DNA of 64,000 bases from Cyanophora paradoxa CCMP329 (lineage: Eukaryota; Plantae; Glaucophyta). The number at the start of each line of letters is the position of its first letter. Within the stretch, counting starts at the first letter, position 1. A program made the position numbers and the translations under genes. This document shows positions 12,661-23,504 of this stretch, piece after piece. A model generated the notes under the pieces. The model was not told where the DNA came from. It saw nothing but the letters and a program-made list of their open reading frames with translations, and ran no database searches. The stretch spans positions 62,001 through 126,000 of the forward strand of contig QPMI01000186.1 in assembly GCA_004431415.1 (NCBI GenBank). Direction: 5' to 3'.

Positions 12661-14538
12661 CTAGTCGCGCTTGCCGCGCCAGTGGGCGCAGGTACGGCCG
12701 ACGGCCTCCTCAAAGGAGTACGTCTTGACGTAGCCGAGCTCGTCGCGGGCAGCGGAGAGGTCGAAGGTGTAGTTCCGCTGCGTGATGCTGCCGGCCCGGC
12801 GGCGCCGGGGCGAGGCTCGAGCTCGGCGGGGCGGCGGTGGCGGGCGGGAGGGGCGGCGCACGTGAGGGCGTCGAAGTTGAGGCGGAGGAAGTCGAGGGGC
12901 AGGCTGCGGGGGCGTCAGCGGCGGCCGCCGGCGAGGGAGGGGCTGGCAGGGCAGGGGCCGGCCTCCCGCGGGTGAGGAAGTTGAGGACCTCGACGAGGGC
13001 GGCGACGGGCCGCAGGAGGGCGCCCGGCACGCGCCGCGCCCGGGCCCGCGGGCCCCGCAGCTCCCGGCACAGCGCGTCCGAGATCTCCCCGTACGTCGTC
13101 CTGGCCCCGGCTTGCAAGTGCGCGCGTTGCGGGGCCGGCGGGCGGGGCGCACGTCCCGTCGCTGATGAAGTAGGCCTTGCCGGCGATGGGCGAGGCGGGG
13201 CCCTCCCGCAGCAGCCGCTCCGCAGCCAGAATGTGCGCGTCCGCCAGGTTCTGCCCGCGGCGCACGGCTGGGACGCGGGTACAGGAGCGGTCGCGAGGGG
13301 GGTACCTCGACGTAGACGGCGTCGCAGAGGTGTGTGCCGGGCCCCAGGATGGTCCCGTGGGAGAGCACCGAGGTCGTGAAGTTGTGGTCGCGTATCCCCC
13401 AGAGCACCTGCGGGGTACGGCGTCAGAGGCGAGGTGGAGGCGGGGAGGAGGCAGGCCGGGCGCACGAGGGGCCGCAGGGCGACGGTCCGGAGGGGAGAGT
13501 ACCGCCCGCCGGCCGCCTCGACAGCGCCCGGCCTGCGGGGCCCGACGTCGGCGGGGGGTACGTTCGCGGCTCAATCAGGGGGGCGGCCGCACTTGGTGGA
13601 GGCGTCGCGGACGAGCTCCTCGGCCACGGCCTTGGTGTACCCGTACTGGGTCGCGTTTGGGACCTTGGAGGGCCTGCGCCGGGCCTCAGAAGAAGGGGGT
13701 ACACGGTTTCATCGAAGAAGAAAGGGGGCCCGGCGGGCCTGAGCGAGTCGGCCTCTCGCTTCTTGAGGACGTCGCCGCCGTTCATGACGGTGGCCGCCGA
13801 CGACGTGTACACGAGCGCGGGGACGGCCGCCCGAACGCACGCGGCGACCACGTTCGCCGTGCCTGCGCGCGCCCGGTCGGGCCCGTCAGCGCGGGCGCGC
13901 TGCGATCGCGAGGAGGCTTCCGCGCGCGCCGATGACGTTCGTCTCCCACAGCTTTCGGAGGTCGGCGCGCAGGCTGATGAGCGACGCGGCGTGAATGACG
14001 ACGTCGGCCCCTGCGCGAGCCGCGGCGGCCGCGGGCGTCGGGGTCGAGTGCCGCGCAGGGAGGCGAGCGCCGCGCGCACCGATGCAGACCTGCAGCACGT
14101 CCGAGGGGTTAACCAGGTCGCCGCAAACGAACTTGACGCGCGTGTCGTCCGTGTGCCACGACTTCCGCAGGTCGAACGCTCGAATGAGGCACTGCTTGCC
14201 TTGCTGGCCCGACAGCAGACGCTCGACGATGTGGCGGCCAAGGCAACCGCTCGCGCCGGTCACGACGTACACTGTCGGCCCGCTGCCGGCAGGTCGTCGC
14301 GTCTGCGTTGCGTCGCGCGCGCGTGAGCCCGTGCGCTCTGCATCGCGCGTGCTGCGCTTTCACCTTGAGCAAGCCTTCATCTGGACGGTCTGGACAAGGC
14401 GGCACTGCGGGCACTGCGAGAGCGCGGTTCGGAGCTGCGGCGGGAGGAGCGCGCGATCCATTACGAACCCGTGAGGCGACGGTAGGCCCATGTGAGCGCG
14501 AGCAGGGCCACCCAAGCGGCCAGAGCGGCCCACAGCAT
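12661..14538 (-). CDS. 3-beta-hydroxysteroid dehydrogenase / NSDHL-like extended SDR with N-terminal membrane anchor
   Basis: MLWAALAAWVALLALTW anchor; YVVTGASGCLGRHIVERLL (GxxGxxG); VIHAAS; NVIGTANVVAAC..LVYTSSA; YGYTKAVAE (YxxxK); VYVENLADAHILAAERL..IAGKAYFISDG. Confidence 0.85.
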
Positions 14539-14583
14539 GGCTAGGCCCGCTGGGGGGGATACTGGCGTCTGGTTCACTGAGCG

Positions 14584-16289
14584 ATGGCCGTCCCTGCTGC
14601 CTTCGGCGGCGCATACCGGCGGGAACTGCATGCGGCGATCGATGGTGAGGCCCGCACGCCCAGCCCCCGCCAGGCCCCTCACCGCACCGCACGCAGCCGT
14701 GCGCAAGGCCGCGCGCCTCTCGTCGGCGATCCAGAGCAGGCTGGGCCGCGATGAGCAGGTCTCGAAGGTAGACGAGAGCCCTGTGACGATCGCAGGTCGG
14801 CGCCAGCGCAGCCCGCGCCAGTCGGTCAGCCGATGTGCCTCGCAGACTTCGGCGTTCAGGCGGTGTGCACGCTGCTGCTCAAGAAGGCCTTCCCTGATTA
14901 CGGCTGGGTGGCGGAAGAGGACAGCGCCTTCCTGCGGAAGCCCGTGCGTCGATCGGTTTGTCGGGGGCGACTGCGCACGCGAGCGAGCCGGGGCGTGCAG
15001 GAGGGCGCGAGCAACCTGAGGAAGATCGCGGAGGCGGTGAACGCAGCGACGGAGGGCTCGTACAGCGAGGCCGAGGTCCTGGACGCCCTCGACGTGGGCC
15101 TCGGCCCGGGCGGCGCCACGGGCCGCCACTGGGTCCTCGACCCCGTGGACGGCACGAAGGGTTTCATCCGCGGGGACCAGTACGCGATCGCGCTGGGCCT
15201 GCTGGACGCCGGCAAGGTCGTCCTGGGCATCCTCGGGTGCCCCAACCTGCCTTGGAACCTCGAGGAGCCGGTGCGCCCCGCCGCGCTCCTCCGCCTCGCG
15301 CCCCGCGGAGCGAGCGAGCGAGGCGGCGCGCGGACGCAGAGCGCGCCGCGGGGGTGCCTCCTGTACGGCGTCCGCGGGGAGGGCTCCTACCAGGTCTCCT
15401 TCGACGGCGCCCGCGGGCCCGTCAAGTGCGCCGTCTCAAAGGCCCGCCCCCCGCCCCGCCCCGCCCCGCCCCGCCCCGGCCAGGCGCGCGGGGTCTGACG
15501 GGCGGGCAGGTGAGCGATACCGCGTGGGCGCGGGTTGCCGAGAGCTACGAGAGCGCGCACTCGTCGCACGACACGACGGGGGCCATCGGGGCGACCCTCG
15601 GGACGTCCATAGCGCCCCTGCGCATGGACTCCCAGGCCAAGTACGGTGATTGACGCACCCCGCCCGCCCGTTTCGCCCTTAGGCCGCGCGGGGCGGGGAC
15701 GCCTGTTTCGCGGAGTCGTATGAGACGAGCCATTCCCCCCACGAGACGACGGCGGCGATAGCGGCCCGCCTCGAGATCGCCCGGCCGCCCATCCGCATGG
15801 ACTCGCAGGCGAAATACGGTACCCGGGCAGACGTCGCCTCTAGCCGTGCCGGGGCGGGCCCGCCGCGGGGCGCCGGCCCCGCTCTGAGGCGGCTCCGCGC
15901 AGGGGTGCTGGCGCGGGGCGAGGCGGACGTGTACCTGCGCTTCCCGAAGAAGGGGTACAAGGAGAACATCTGGGACCACTGCGGGGGCGCCCTCATCATC
16001 GAGGAGGCCGGTGCGCGGCTCGCCCCTCCGCGGCCCCTCCCGCCGGGGCCGCCGCAGCCGAACGCGGCGCAGGGGGCTCGGTCACGGACGAGGAGGGCAA
16101 GCCACTCGACTTCTCCCAGGTGCGCCAGCGCCCCCCCTCCGCCTGCCCCCCTTCCTCCCCCCGCCAGGCGGGCCGACGGGCGGGGGCCAGGGGCGGAAGC
16201 TGTCGACGGTGGGGATCATGGCGAGCAACGGGCAGCTGCACCCGCTCGTCGTCGCCGCCGTCCGCCACGTCCTCGCCGGCCAGCCCTAG
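14584..16289 (+). CDS. SAL1: 3'(2'),5'-bisphosphate nucleotidase (SAL1/HAL2/MET22 family), with a duplicated internal exon
   Basis: MAVPAAFGGAYRRELHAAIDAVRKAARLS; KVDESPVTIADFGVQA; VAEEDSAFL; WVLDPVDGTKGFIRGDQYAIALGL; GCPNLP; RMDSQAKYG; YKENIWDHCGGALIIEEAGG. Confidence 0.92.
15510..15645 (+). other. SAL1 alternative exon A (136 nt)
   Basis: ctgac..ggcag|GTGAGC...AAGTACG|gtgatt, encoding VSDTAWARVAESYESAHSSHDTTGAIGATLGTSIAPLRMDSQAKY(G). Confidence 0.85.
15683..15818 (+). other. SAL1 alternative exon B (136 nt)
   Basis: cccttag|GCCGCG...AAATACG|gtaccc, encoding AARGGDACFAESYETSHSPHETTAAIAARLEIARPPIRMDSQAKY(G). Confidence 0.85.
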
Positions 16290-16370
16290 CGCCCCGCCGC
16301 CCCCGGCGCGGCTTCGCGAGGCCGAGCCTTCTTCTTTTAAGCGTGACTCTGCCGAGAAGCGAAGCTGCCG

Positions 16371-17745
16371 CTACTGCGGGCCGCGGGGCTTGCGGAGGGG
16401 GTACGCCTTCTCGGCGGGGTCCCCGCGGAAGGGGAGGAACTGGGCGAGGAGCTCGAGGGGCGGGCGGTCCCACCAGCTGCGCGCCCGTCGGCGAGCTCGC
16501 CCCGTGAGACAGAATCAAAGCTCAGGGCCGGGGCGGCGCTGCGCGCACTCCTCGTGGTCGTAGACGAGGCCGGCCTCGTTGAGCTTGTACGTGCTCTGCG
16601 GCGCCGGCTCGGCGAGGGGCCGGGGGCGCGCCGCGGCCGGCCCTGCGGGGGGCGCGGGGGGGCCCGCACCTCCCCGTTGAAGAAGAACTTGGGCTTCCAG
16701 GGCAGCAGGAGGGTCCCCTGCGTCCCCCGCCTTCAGCGCGGCGCCGGCCCGCGGGGCGGGGGCGCGGGGGAGGGGGCGGGGGGGCGGGGGGCGGGCCTGG
16801 AGGGTCCAGGTGGCGAGGACGGTGTCTGGGGCGGGGCTCTCGAGCTCGCGCAGCTCGAAGCCGAGCTCCGTGAAGTACTTCGCGTGGTACCTGCCGCCCG
16901 GCTCGCCCTCGCGGCGCCCCCGCCGGGGAGCGCCCTCCCTCACCTCAACGTCCACCAGACCGTCTGCGGGGCGGGGCCTCGGGGCGTCAGCACTCGCAGC
17001 CGATGCGATGGGCCCGACTCGAGCGCGAAAGCGCACGCGGTACCCTTCCATGCCCGAGAACTTGTTGACGGGGTCCCTGCGTGTGCACAGCGGCCCGTCT
17101 AGGCCGGCGCACGCGATCCACCAATCTCAGAACTTCGGAACGGCGCACCTAAACTCGATGGACTCGTCATAGATGCTGCGCGACGCGGCAAACTCAGGCG
17201 CCGTGCCGAGCGGCCTGCGCGTCGCGTGGGCGCCGGCGCCGGGGCGGACCTGTAGTCGACGTCGCGCTCGAACATCGCGGGCAAGTCCTGCGCGCGCCTC
17301 CGTGAGCGGCCGATACACAGAGGACGAGGGGGAAAAGAAAGAAGAGCGCGCCCTCCGCAGTACGTCGAAGATATGCTGGATGCGCTCCGGCGTGCGGAGG
17401 TCGCCTGCAGCTGCGCGCGTGCGCCGGGCCGGGCCGCGGGCTCAGCGAGCAGCCGAACGGAATCGGAGGCCGGCTCAGCCGCGCCGGACCTTGGCCGGGC
17501 GCCTCGGCGCTGCACGTCCACGTGCGCCAGGAGCGCGGCAGGCGCCTCAGCGGGTCCCCGGCGATCCACGTGCTCTGCGGCGGCCCAGCCACCTGGAAGG
17601 TGGAACGAGCGGCGCGACTTGCCCGAGACATCCCGGCCGGCGCCAGCGCGGCGCAGGTCGGGGCCGCCACGGGCCGCCAGGTGGGGCGGCCGACGCTGGT
17701 CGGGCCCGCAGGAGCGCCAAGCACGAACGCCGTTGGCTGCGTCAT
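16371..17745 (-). CDS. DUF2358 (SnoaL/NTF2-like) protein, probably plastid-targeted
   Basis: Presequence MTQPTAFVLGAP..; DLPAMFERDVDYSIYDESIEFRDPVNKFSGMEGYR; VLATWTLQGTLLLPWKPKFFFNGESTYKLNEAGLVYDHEDWWD. Confidence 0.82.
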
Positions 17746-17844
17746 GGTAGCCGGCGTGCTTTAGCTGCTCGAAATGAACTCCCTGGGCCGTGTGTGCTCC
17801 ACCCACCCGGGTTCGGATCCGGCTAGGGTAGCTTTTGCGGCGCG

Positions 17845-19863
17845 ATGTCGCCGGGCGGCCAGGCTGACTACAATGCGCTCGTGAGCCCCGCTGAAGCAAG
17901 CGGTCGCGCGCCGATCGACGCTGACGCGCCCGCAGTTCGAGGCGAAGAAGAACCTGCCGCTCCGCGTCCGGCACATCCTGATCCGCGGGCTGAACAAGCT
18001 CGACAAGAAGGTCGTCGAGCGCGAGCTGGTGGATGTCAGGGACTCGGAAACACTAGACGATCTCCGTGACCGGCTCGCCGACTTCCAGGACGTGCGCCCG
18101 CCCAACCGGCATCTCCGCGCGCCGCCTCGCAGGCCTGACAGCGGCGGCGGCAGGGCATCCGCTCGCTTCGAGTTTTCAAGCGGTGCAACGTCGAGCTGAT
18201 CAAGCCCAAGAACGGGGCGGCTGACCAGGTCGACATCGTCATCCTGATCCAGGAGAGGACGTACAGCGCCGCGCTCGAGGCGAATGCCTCGCGCGGCGAG
18301 ATGAACGCAGTAAGTGCCACGCGCGTCAATCGGCCGGCTCCCGGCGCCGTCTGACCGGCACCGCCCGCTGCCGGGCCGCAGGGCATGAATGGAAACCTGT
18401 ACAACCTGCTGGGGCGACCGAACATCCTGTCCGCCGAAATACAGCGCGGCTCCCTGTCGAGCGTCGTTGGCCGGGTGCGCGCCACCGCCGCGGCGTCCGC
18501 GACCGGGCCCCGCGGCTCAACCGAGCCGCGCCGCAGGCCCGCTTGAGCTTCCCGAACATGCTCCGCATCCGGGACTCGCTGCTGTCGCTGGAGGGCTTCC
18601 AGTCGCACATGCTGCGGGTGTCGAGCGCGCACACGGAGACGACGCGCGGCGTCAGCCTCTCGTTCTTCACGGTCCGCCCGCCCCCGCGCCCGAGCGCAGC
18701 GCGGCCCCGAACGGCGCGCAGGGCGGCGCACACACGCTCGCGCTCGACGGGCACTGGCGCGAGATCGTACCCGACGTCAATGAGGCGTCCCTTGCGTGCC
18801 CACGACCCCGCTCTCCTGCTCTCGCTGCCCCCGACCGCCGCGCAGCATCCGGGAGTTCGCGGGCCACTCGCTGAAGACCTCGGTGGGCCCGCTTTGCGCC
18901 TGTACCCCCGGCGCCGCTCACGCGCCGCTTTCCACCTCAGATCCGGCACGAGTACCGGATTGACACGCGGGACCACCCGTTCGTGCCCACCAGCGGCTTC
19001 CTCTTCCACAACAAGGCGGTACCCACTCCCGGCGGGGCGGCCGCTGTACCCCGCTCAATCAACTCCCCCGCAGGAGTACGCGGGGCTGCACGGGGACGTG
19101 CGCTTCTGCAGGAACGAAACGCACGGGCAGCTGAACTTCCCCCTGCCCCTCGGCATGGCGCGCACGCCTCCGTGCAGCGCTCCCCCCAGGAAGCCTCACC
19201 GCGCGCCCCCCAGGCGGCGCACCTGGCGTGCATGGCGGGGATCCTGCACACGCCCAAGGGCATCGCGCGGAGCTGCATATCGGACCGCTTCTTCCTCGGC
19301 GGCTCGAAGTGCGCCGAGCCGCCTCCCCCGCGTCGGGCCGTACCCCGGCCGACTCGGGGCGCGCGGCAGCTCGCTGCGGGGCTTCCGGACGCACGCGGTG
19401 GGCCCGGAGATGAACGGGCAGGCGCTGGGCGGGGAGCTGATGGGCGCCGCGAGCGCGCGCCTGAGCACGGGCTTCGGGTTCCTGCCCGAGGGGAACCTGC
19501 TGGAGGCCCTCGGCATGCGCGCCTTCGCCTTCGCCAACGCCGGCAACACCATGCTCCGCCGCCACGGTGCCCCCCGCCGGCCCCGCCCCTCCTGCGCGGT
19601 CCGGCGCGAGGGGCGCGGCAGGGGCGCCCCGGAAAGAGGAGGCGGAGCGCTTCTGGGGGGGCGTGGAGGCGAGCCTCGGGGTCGGGCTCGCGGTACCCTT
19701 CCCCGTCGGCCGCGTCGAGCTCAACTTCTGCCGGCCCCTCCGCACCGTCCGCCCGCCCCTGTCCCCCTGGCCCCGCGGCCGCCGGCCCCCGACAGCCCCG
19801 CAGATGGACGGCGCGGACGGGCGCGTGCAGAACTTCCAGATCGGCCTCGGTATCGTCCTGTAG
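17845..19863 (+). CDS. SAM50: Mitochondrial sorting and assembly machinery Omp85 protein Sam50
   Basis: Single POTRA (LRVRHILIRGLNKL..), NLLGRP, ISDRFFLGG..SLRGF..VGP, ALGG, AFAFANAGN, ASLGVGLAVPFPVGRVELNFCRPL, C-terminal FQIGLGIVL. Confidence 0.88.
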
Positions 19864-20252
19864 CCCCCGGGGCGGGCCCCCGCTCGTGCCCCTCCTCTCT
19901 CCCCTCCCGCCCGCTGCACCCTCTCGGCAGCCCTTGATCCCCTCTGTCTCCCTCCCCGCCCGGCGGCCGGCCGGTTCGCCGGCCGAACGACGAACGTAGC
20001 CCGGATCCGGAAACCTGTCGCACAGAGAAGCACCCGGCCGGGCAGCAAGAGGCGAGTTGACTGCATTTCAAAAGCGGAATTTGCAAACATGGAGATGCTT
20101 GAAAATACTACCTAGCTAAGCTGACGCGGCGTCGGGCGAGGCGCCCGGCTCGCTCGCAAGGTTTGAGACAGGATGGTGCGGGGAAGAAGGGGACCGACGA
20201 AGGTGAACGGCAAGCGGCGAGGAGAAGCATCCGTGTACGGGGGGGCGCTCGA

Positions 20253-22950
20253 CTAGGCGCACGTCCCCGCCGCAGCCGGCAGCGGTGCTTGAGGCGACGC
20301 CGCGGAGGCGGTGGGTGCGGGGGCAAGGGCGGGAGCCGCGTGCGCGGGAGCGGGGGCAGGTGCGGGTGAGGGTGCGGGGGCAGAGGCGGGGGCTGGGGCG
20401 GGGGCTGGGGCGGCGCCGGGCTCCCGCGGGCTGGTGAGCGCGGCGCGGCCGGCGGCGGCGGCGGCATTCTTGGCAGCCTCCTCCTCGGCGAGTATTCCCG
20501 CCCAGTAGTCGCGGTTGGTGGAGTAGTGCTTGAGGAAGTCCTGCGGGGCGGGCGGGCTCGGCGGGGGCCCCGGGGGCGGGGCGGGGCGGCGGGGGCGGGG
20601 GCGGGGACCTGCTCCTGGAGGAACTCGGCGAGGGCGAAGAAGAGGTTCTTGCAGATGTAGTCGAGGAAGCCGAACTGGCACTGCGCCACCGACTGCTTCG
20701 TCCGGTCGCAGAAGGCCGAGATCGGCAGCTGCTGCGCCCGCTCCTTGTCCCCCTGCTGGTAGAACTCCTCCATGATGAGCTCGCTCCACTTGCGCGCGCT
20801 CCCCGGCTCCTTCATCGCGTTGCAGATGTCCGCGCACTTGAGCGTGATCTGCAGCAGGATCGTCCGGTCGTCCGCCTTGGCGAGGTCCATGCCGCCCGGG
20901 GCCCCCACTTTGTTCCGGAAGTTGCCCACCAGCTCGAAGTGCTGCGCGGCGCGCGTGAGAAGGGAAGGAGGTGCGGTGGGGGCGGGGGCGGGGCGGGCCT
21001 GGGCCATGTCGGTGCCGAGGATCATGGAGATGATGATGGCGCGGACCTCCTTGAACTCCTCCTCGCGCAGGCCCCGGAAGATGTTCGACTCCTCCTGGCT
21101 CGCCAGCCGGAACAGCTGGCTGCAGTGGTGGTTCTCCAGCACCGCCCTGCCCCGCCCCGCCCCTCACGCCCCGCAGGGGAAGAAAGAGGGGCGCCGAGGA
21201 GGCGCCGAGGCTCGCCTGTCGTTGTAGAGCAGGGCGTACTCCGAGAGCGTCTTCGACTGGTACGCGTTGTTCGTGCCCTGCGGAACGGCCGGGCCGCCGG
21301 CGCGTCAGGGGCAGGGGGCGGCGGGACGGGGGCGGGCCCCGCGGACCGGGTGGCCGAGGTCGTGGCAGGCGGCGGCGATGAGGGCGGCGAAGAAGGCGAG
21401 CTCGCCGAGCGCTTCGTACGAGCGGCAGCGCCGGAAGAAGTAGTAGGTCGCGTGCACCACCGCCGCCGCTGCGGCGCGCGGCTCGGGCTCCCCTCGGGCG
21501 GGCCCCGCGGCGGGCCTGTGCGAAAGGGGCGGACCGTGGATGCGGTTGTGGAAGGGGTGGTCCCCGTAGGTGGCCTCGGCGTGCTTGAGGAAGTTGCGGA
21601 GGTGCCGCTCCTTGACCCGGAACTTCTTCATGAGGTCGTGCTTGAGGAAGAGCATGTACATCAGCGCGAAGAGCGGCCGCCCTGCGCGCGAGCAGGCGTG
21701 CGTGAGGCGCGCCGCCTCCCGGAGGGAACGGCGGCCCCGCACCGTTCGTCAGGTCGTTCAGCGCGAACTGAGAGGAGGGGGCGCGGGTGAGGCGGGCGTG
21801 GATCGCGGCACCGGGCGCGGACGGCAGATCGCGCACCACGTCGAAGTCCCAATCGTCGACCGTGTCGAACAGCTGCGTCAGCTGCTGCTGCGAGCTGCCG
21901 CGGCCGGTGAGGGGGGACGGGAGGGACGGAGCGTCCGGTGGGCTGGCGGACCTATTGCTGAGAACCAAGGCTACCGCGAACTGCACCGCCAATCCTTTTT
22001 GCTGCTGCTCGTGAATCCTTCTGGGCGGCGACGGCGGGGCCTGTAAGCAACCCTGCGGACAAATATGGAGATCTAGAACATGGGAGCTAGAAGCGCACGA
22101 CGCAGATCCAGAGGAGTCGCAGCTGTTCCTCCTCGCGAGCATGCTGCCGTTACTGGACAAACTGTCGCTCCGCTTCATGGTCGCTTGGAACGCCGCCAGC
22201 TGCGCCGCCCGGAGCCCTTCCGAAGCAGCCCCGTCCGGCATGCTTTTCCTCCTTAGCTTGGTCAACAGCGCCTCGTCTTGTACTGCGTACTGACTGTACA
22301 GCCACATCTCGATCTCGTCCACAGCTGAGCGAACCGCGACGAAGCATGTAAGCTCCCCGGGCAGCGCACGAACAGCGCTGAGAAACCAGCTACATGTAAA
22401 AGACTCACAGTCTTCGGTCTGGGATGGATCCCTGCTCGGCTGGGGCTTGTCTGGTGGCTCTTCTGGTACCGTTTCGCCAGACACCCGCTCCAGCTTCGGC
22501 GCTAGCGCATTTCCTCCCGTAAGGAGCCAGTACGCGCGCTGAAGCATCACCCGATCGCCGGGATTCAGCTCTGCGTACACACAAACCGATCAGCGCTGCC
22601 AGGCGGATGGGCCAGAGGAACTTTTCGGTCGGGGCTTTGGTGACACACTGCGTGCGAGCTCGTCGATAATACTCTTCGCTTCATCGGCTGCGAGAAAAAG
22701 GAACGAAGTCAGGGGCCAAAGAGCAAGGCTTCCACACTTCGGGCTGACCGACGGAAGCGATCCGAATGGAGCGCCTTCTCGAGCCAGTGACTTGCTTTGG
22801 AGAGATACCACGAAGCGGCTGAGTTTCATCCAGGCTTCGGACCCTTCCTCGAGGGAATCGCTCGTCATCGGAAGACTCGCCGGCTGGCATCGTAGCCAGT
22901 CCCGTTGGGCCTGGGGCTGCGGTCGCTTCTAAACGTTGCTGCTGTTCCAT
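20253..22950 (-). CDS. Class I 3',5'-cyclic nucleotide phosphodiesterase (5' end uncertain)
   Basis: HPFHNRIH, AAACHDLGHPGTNN, ALLYNDRAVLENHHCS, ILGTDMAQH, LKCADICN, WSELIMEEFYQQGDKER, QFGFLDYI. Confidence 0.9.
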
Positions 22951-23504
22951 AGCTGGGTTGCTGGAGCTCGAGGCCTGAGCCGGCGCAGCAGAGTCCGCTA
23001 GATCTCCGGCTCCGCACGAGCGCCTCCTCACACTACGTCGATCACTTGGACTTTCCGGTCTGGAGCGAGTTCAGACTCGGAAAGGCTCGGGGAGCGAGGG
23101 CATTGAGCATGGCTCACTCGGATCTCTTCTTTTCTCGCGGGGAAGATTGGGAGGGGGGTTGTAGCATCACACTGATGCCTCGGCCTGCTTCCGATCCTCC
23201 GCCGGTCGCCCGTGGGGGGTACTGTCTCTCGTCGTCGGCGGGGGGTAGGGGGCTACAACCTTGGCGCACACCTCCGAACTTCGGAAGCCTTGAAGTGTCT
23301 TGAGCTGCTGAAAGCTGCCTTGAAGTAAACTGAGTGCCCGCTGCCGTTCCTTAGCGAGAGTTCAAAGTTTCCTCTGTTGCGGACTGATAAGGACGAGCGT
23401 ACCCCTCAGCTGGTGAGGTCCACTGCAGGACTATCGTACTGCAGCTGCAGGTCACTCCAGGAGGCAGCCCGCGACCGGCGGCTCTCCCAAGCTCTCTAGG
23501 CGGG

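Noticed and set aside
14492-14583. SAL1 starting at ATG 14537, sharing a CATG with the opposite gene's start
   Set aside because: ATG 14584 plus a canonical intron gives the family-typical N-terminus (YRRELHAAIDAV), so it is the better start.
17845-19863. Plastid Toc75/OEP80 or bacterial BamA
   Set aside because: One POTRA domain, no transit peptide, and Sam50-type motifs (DRFFLGG, RVELNFC.P, FQIGLG).
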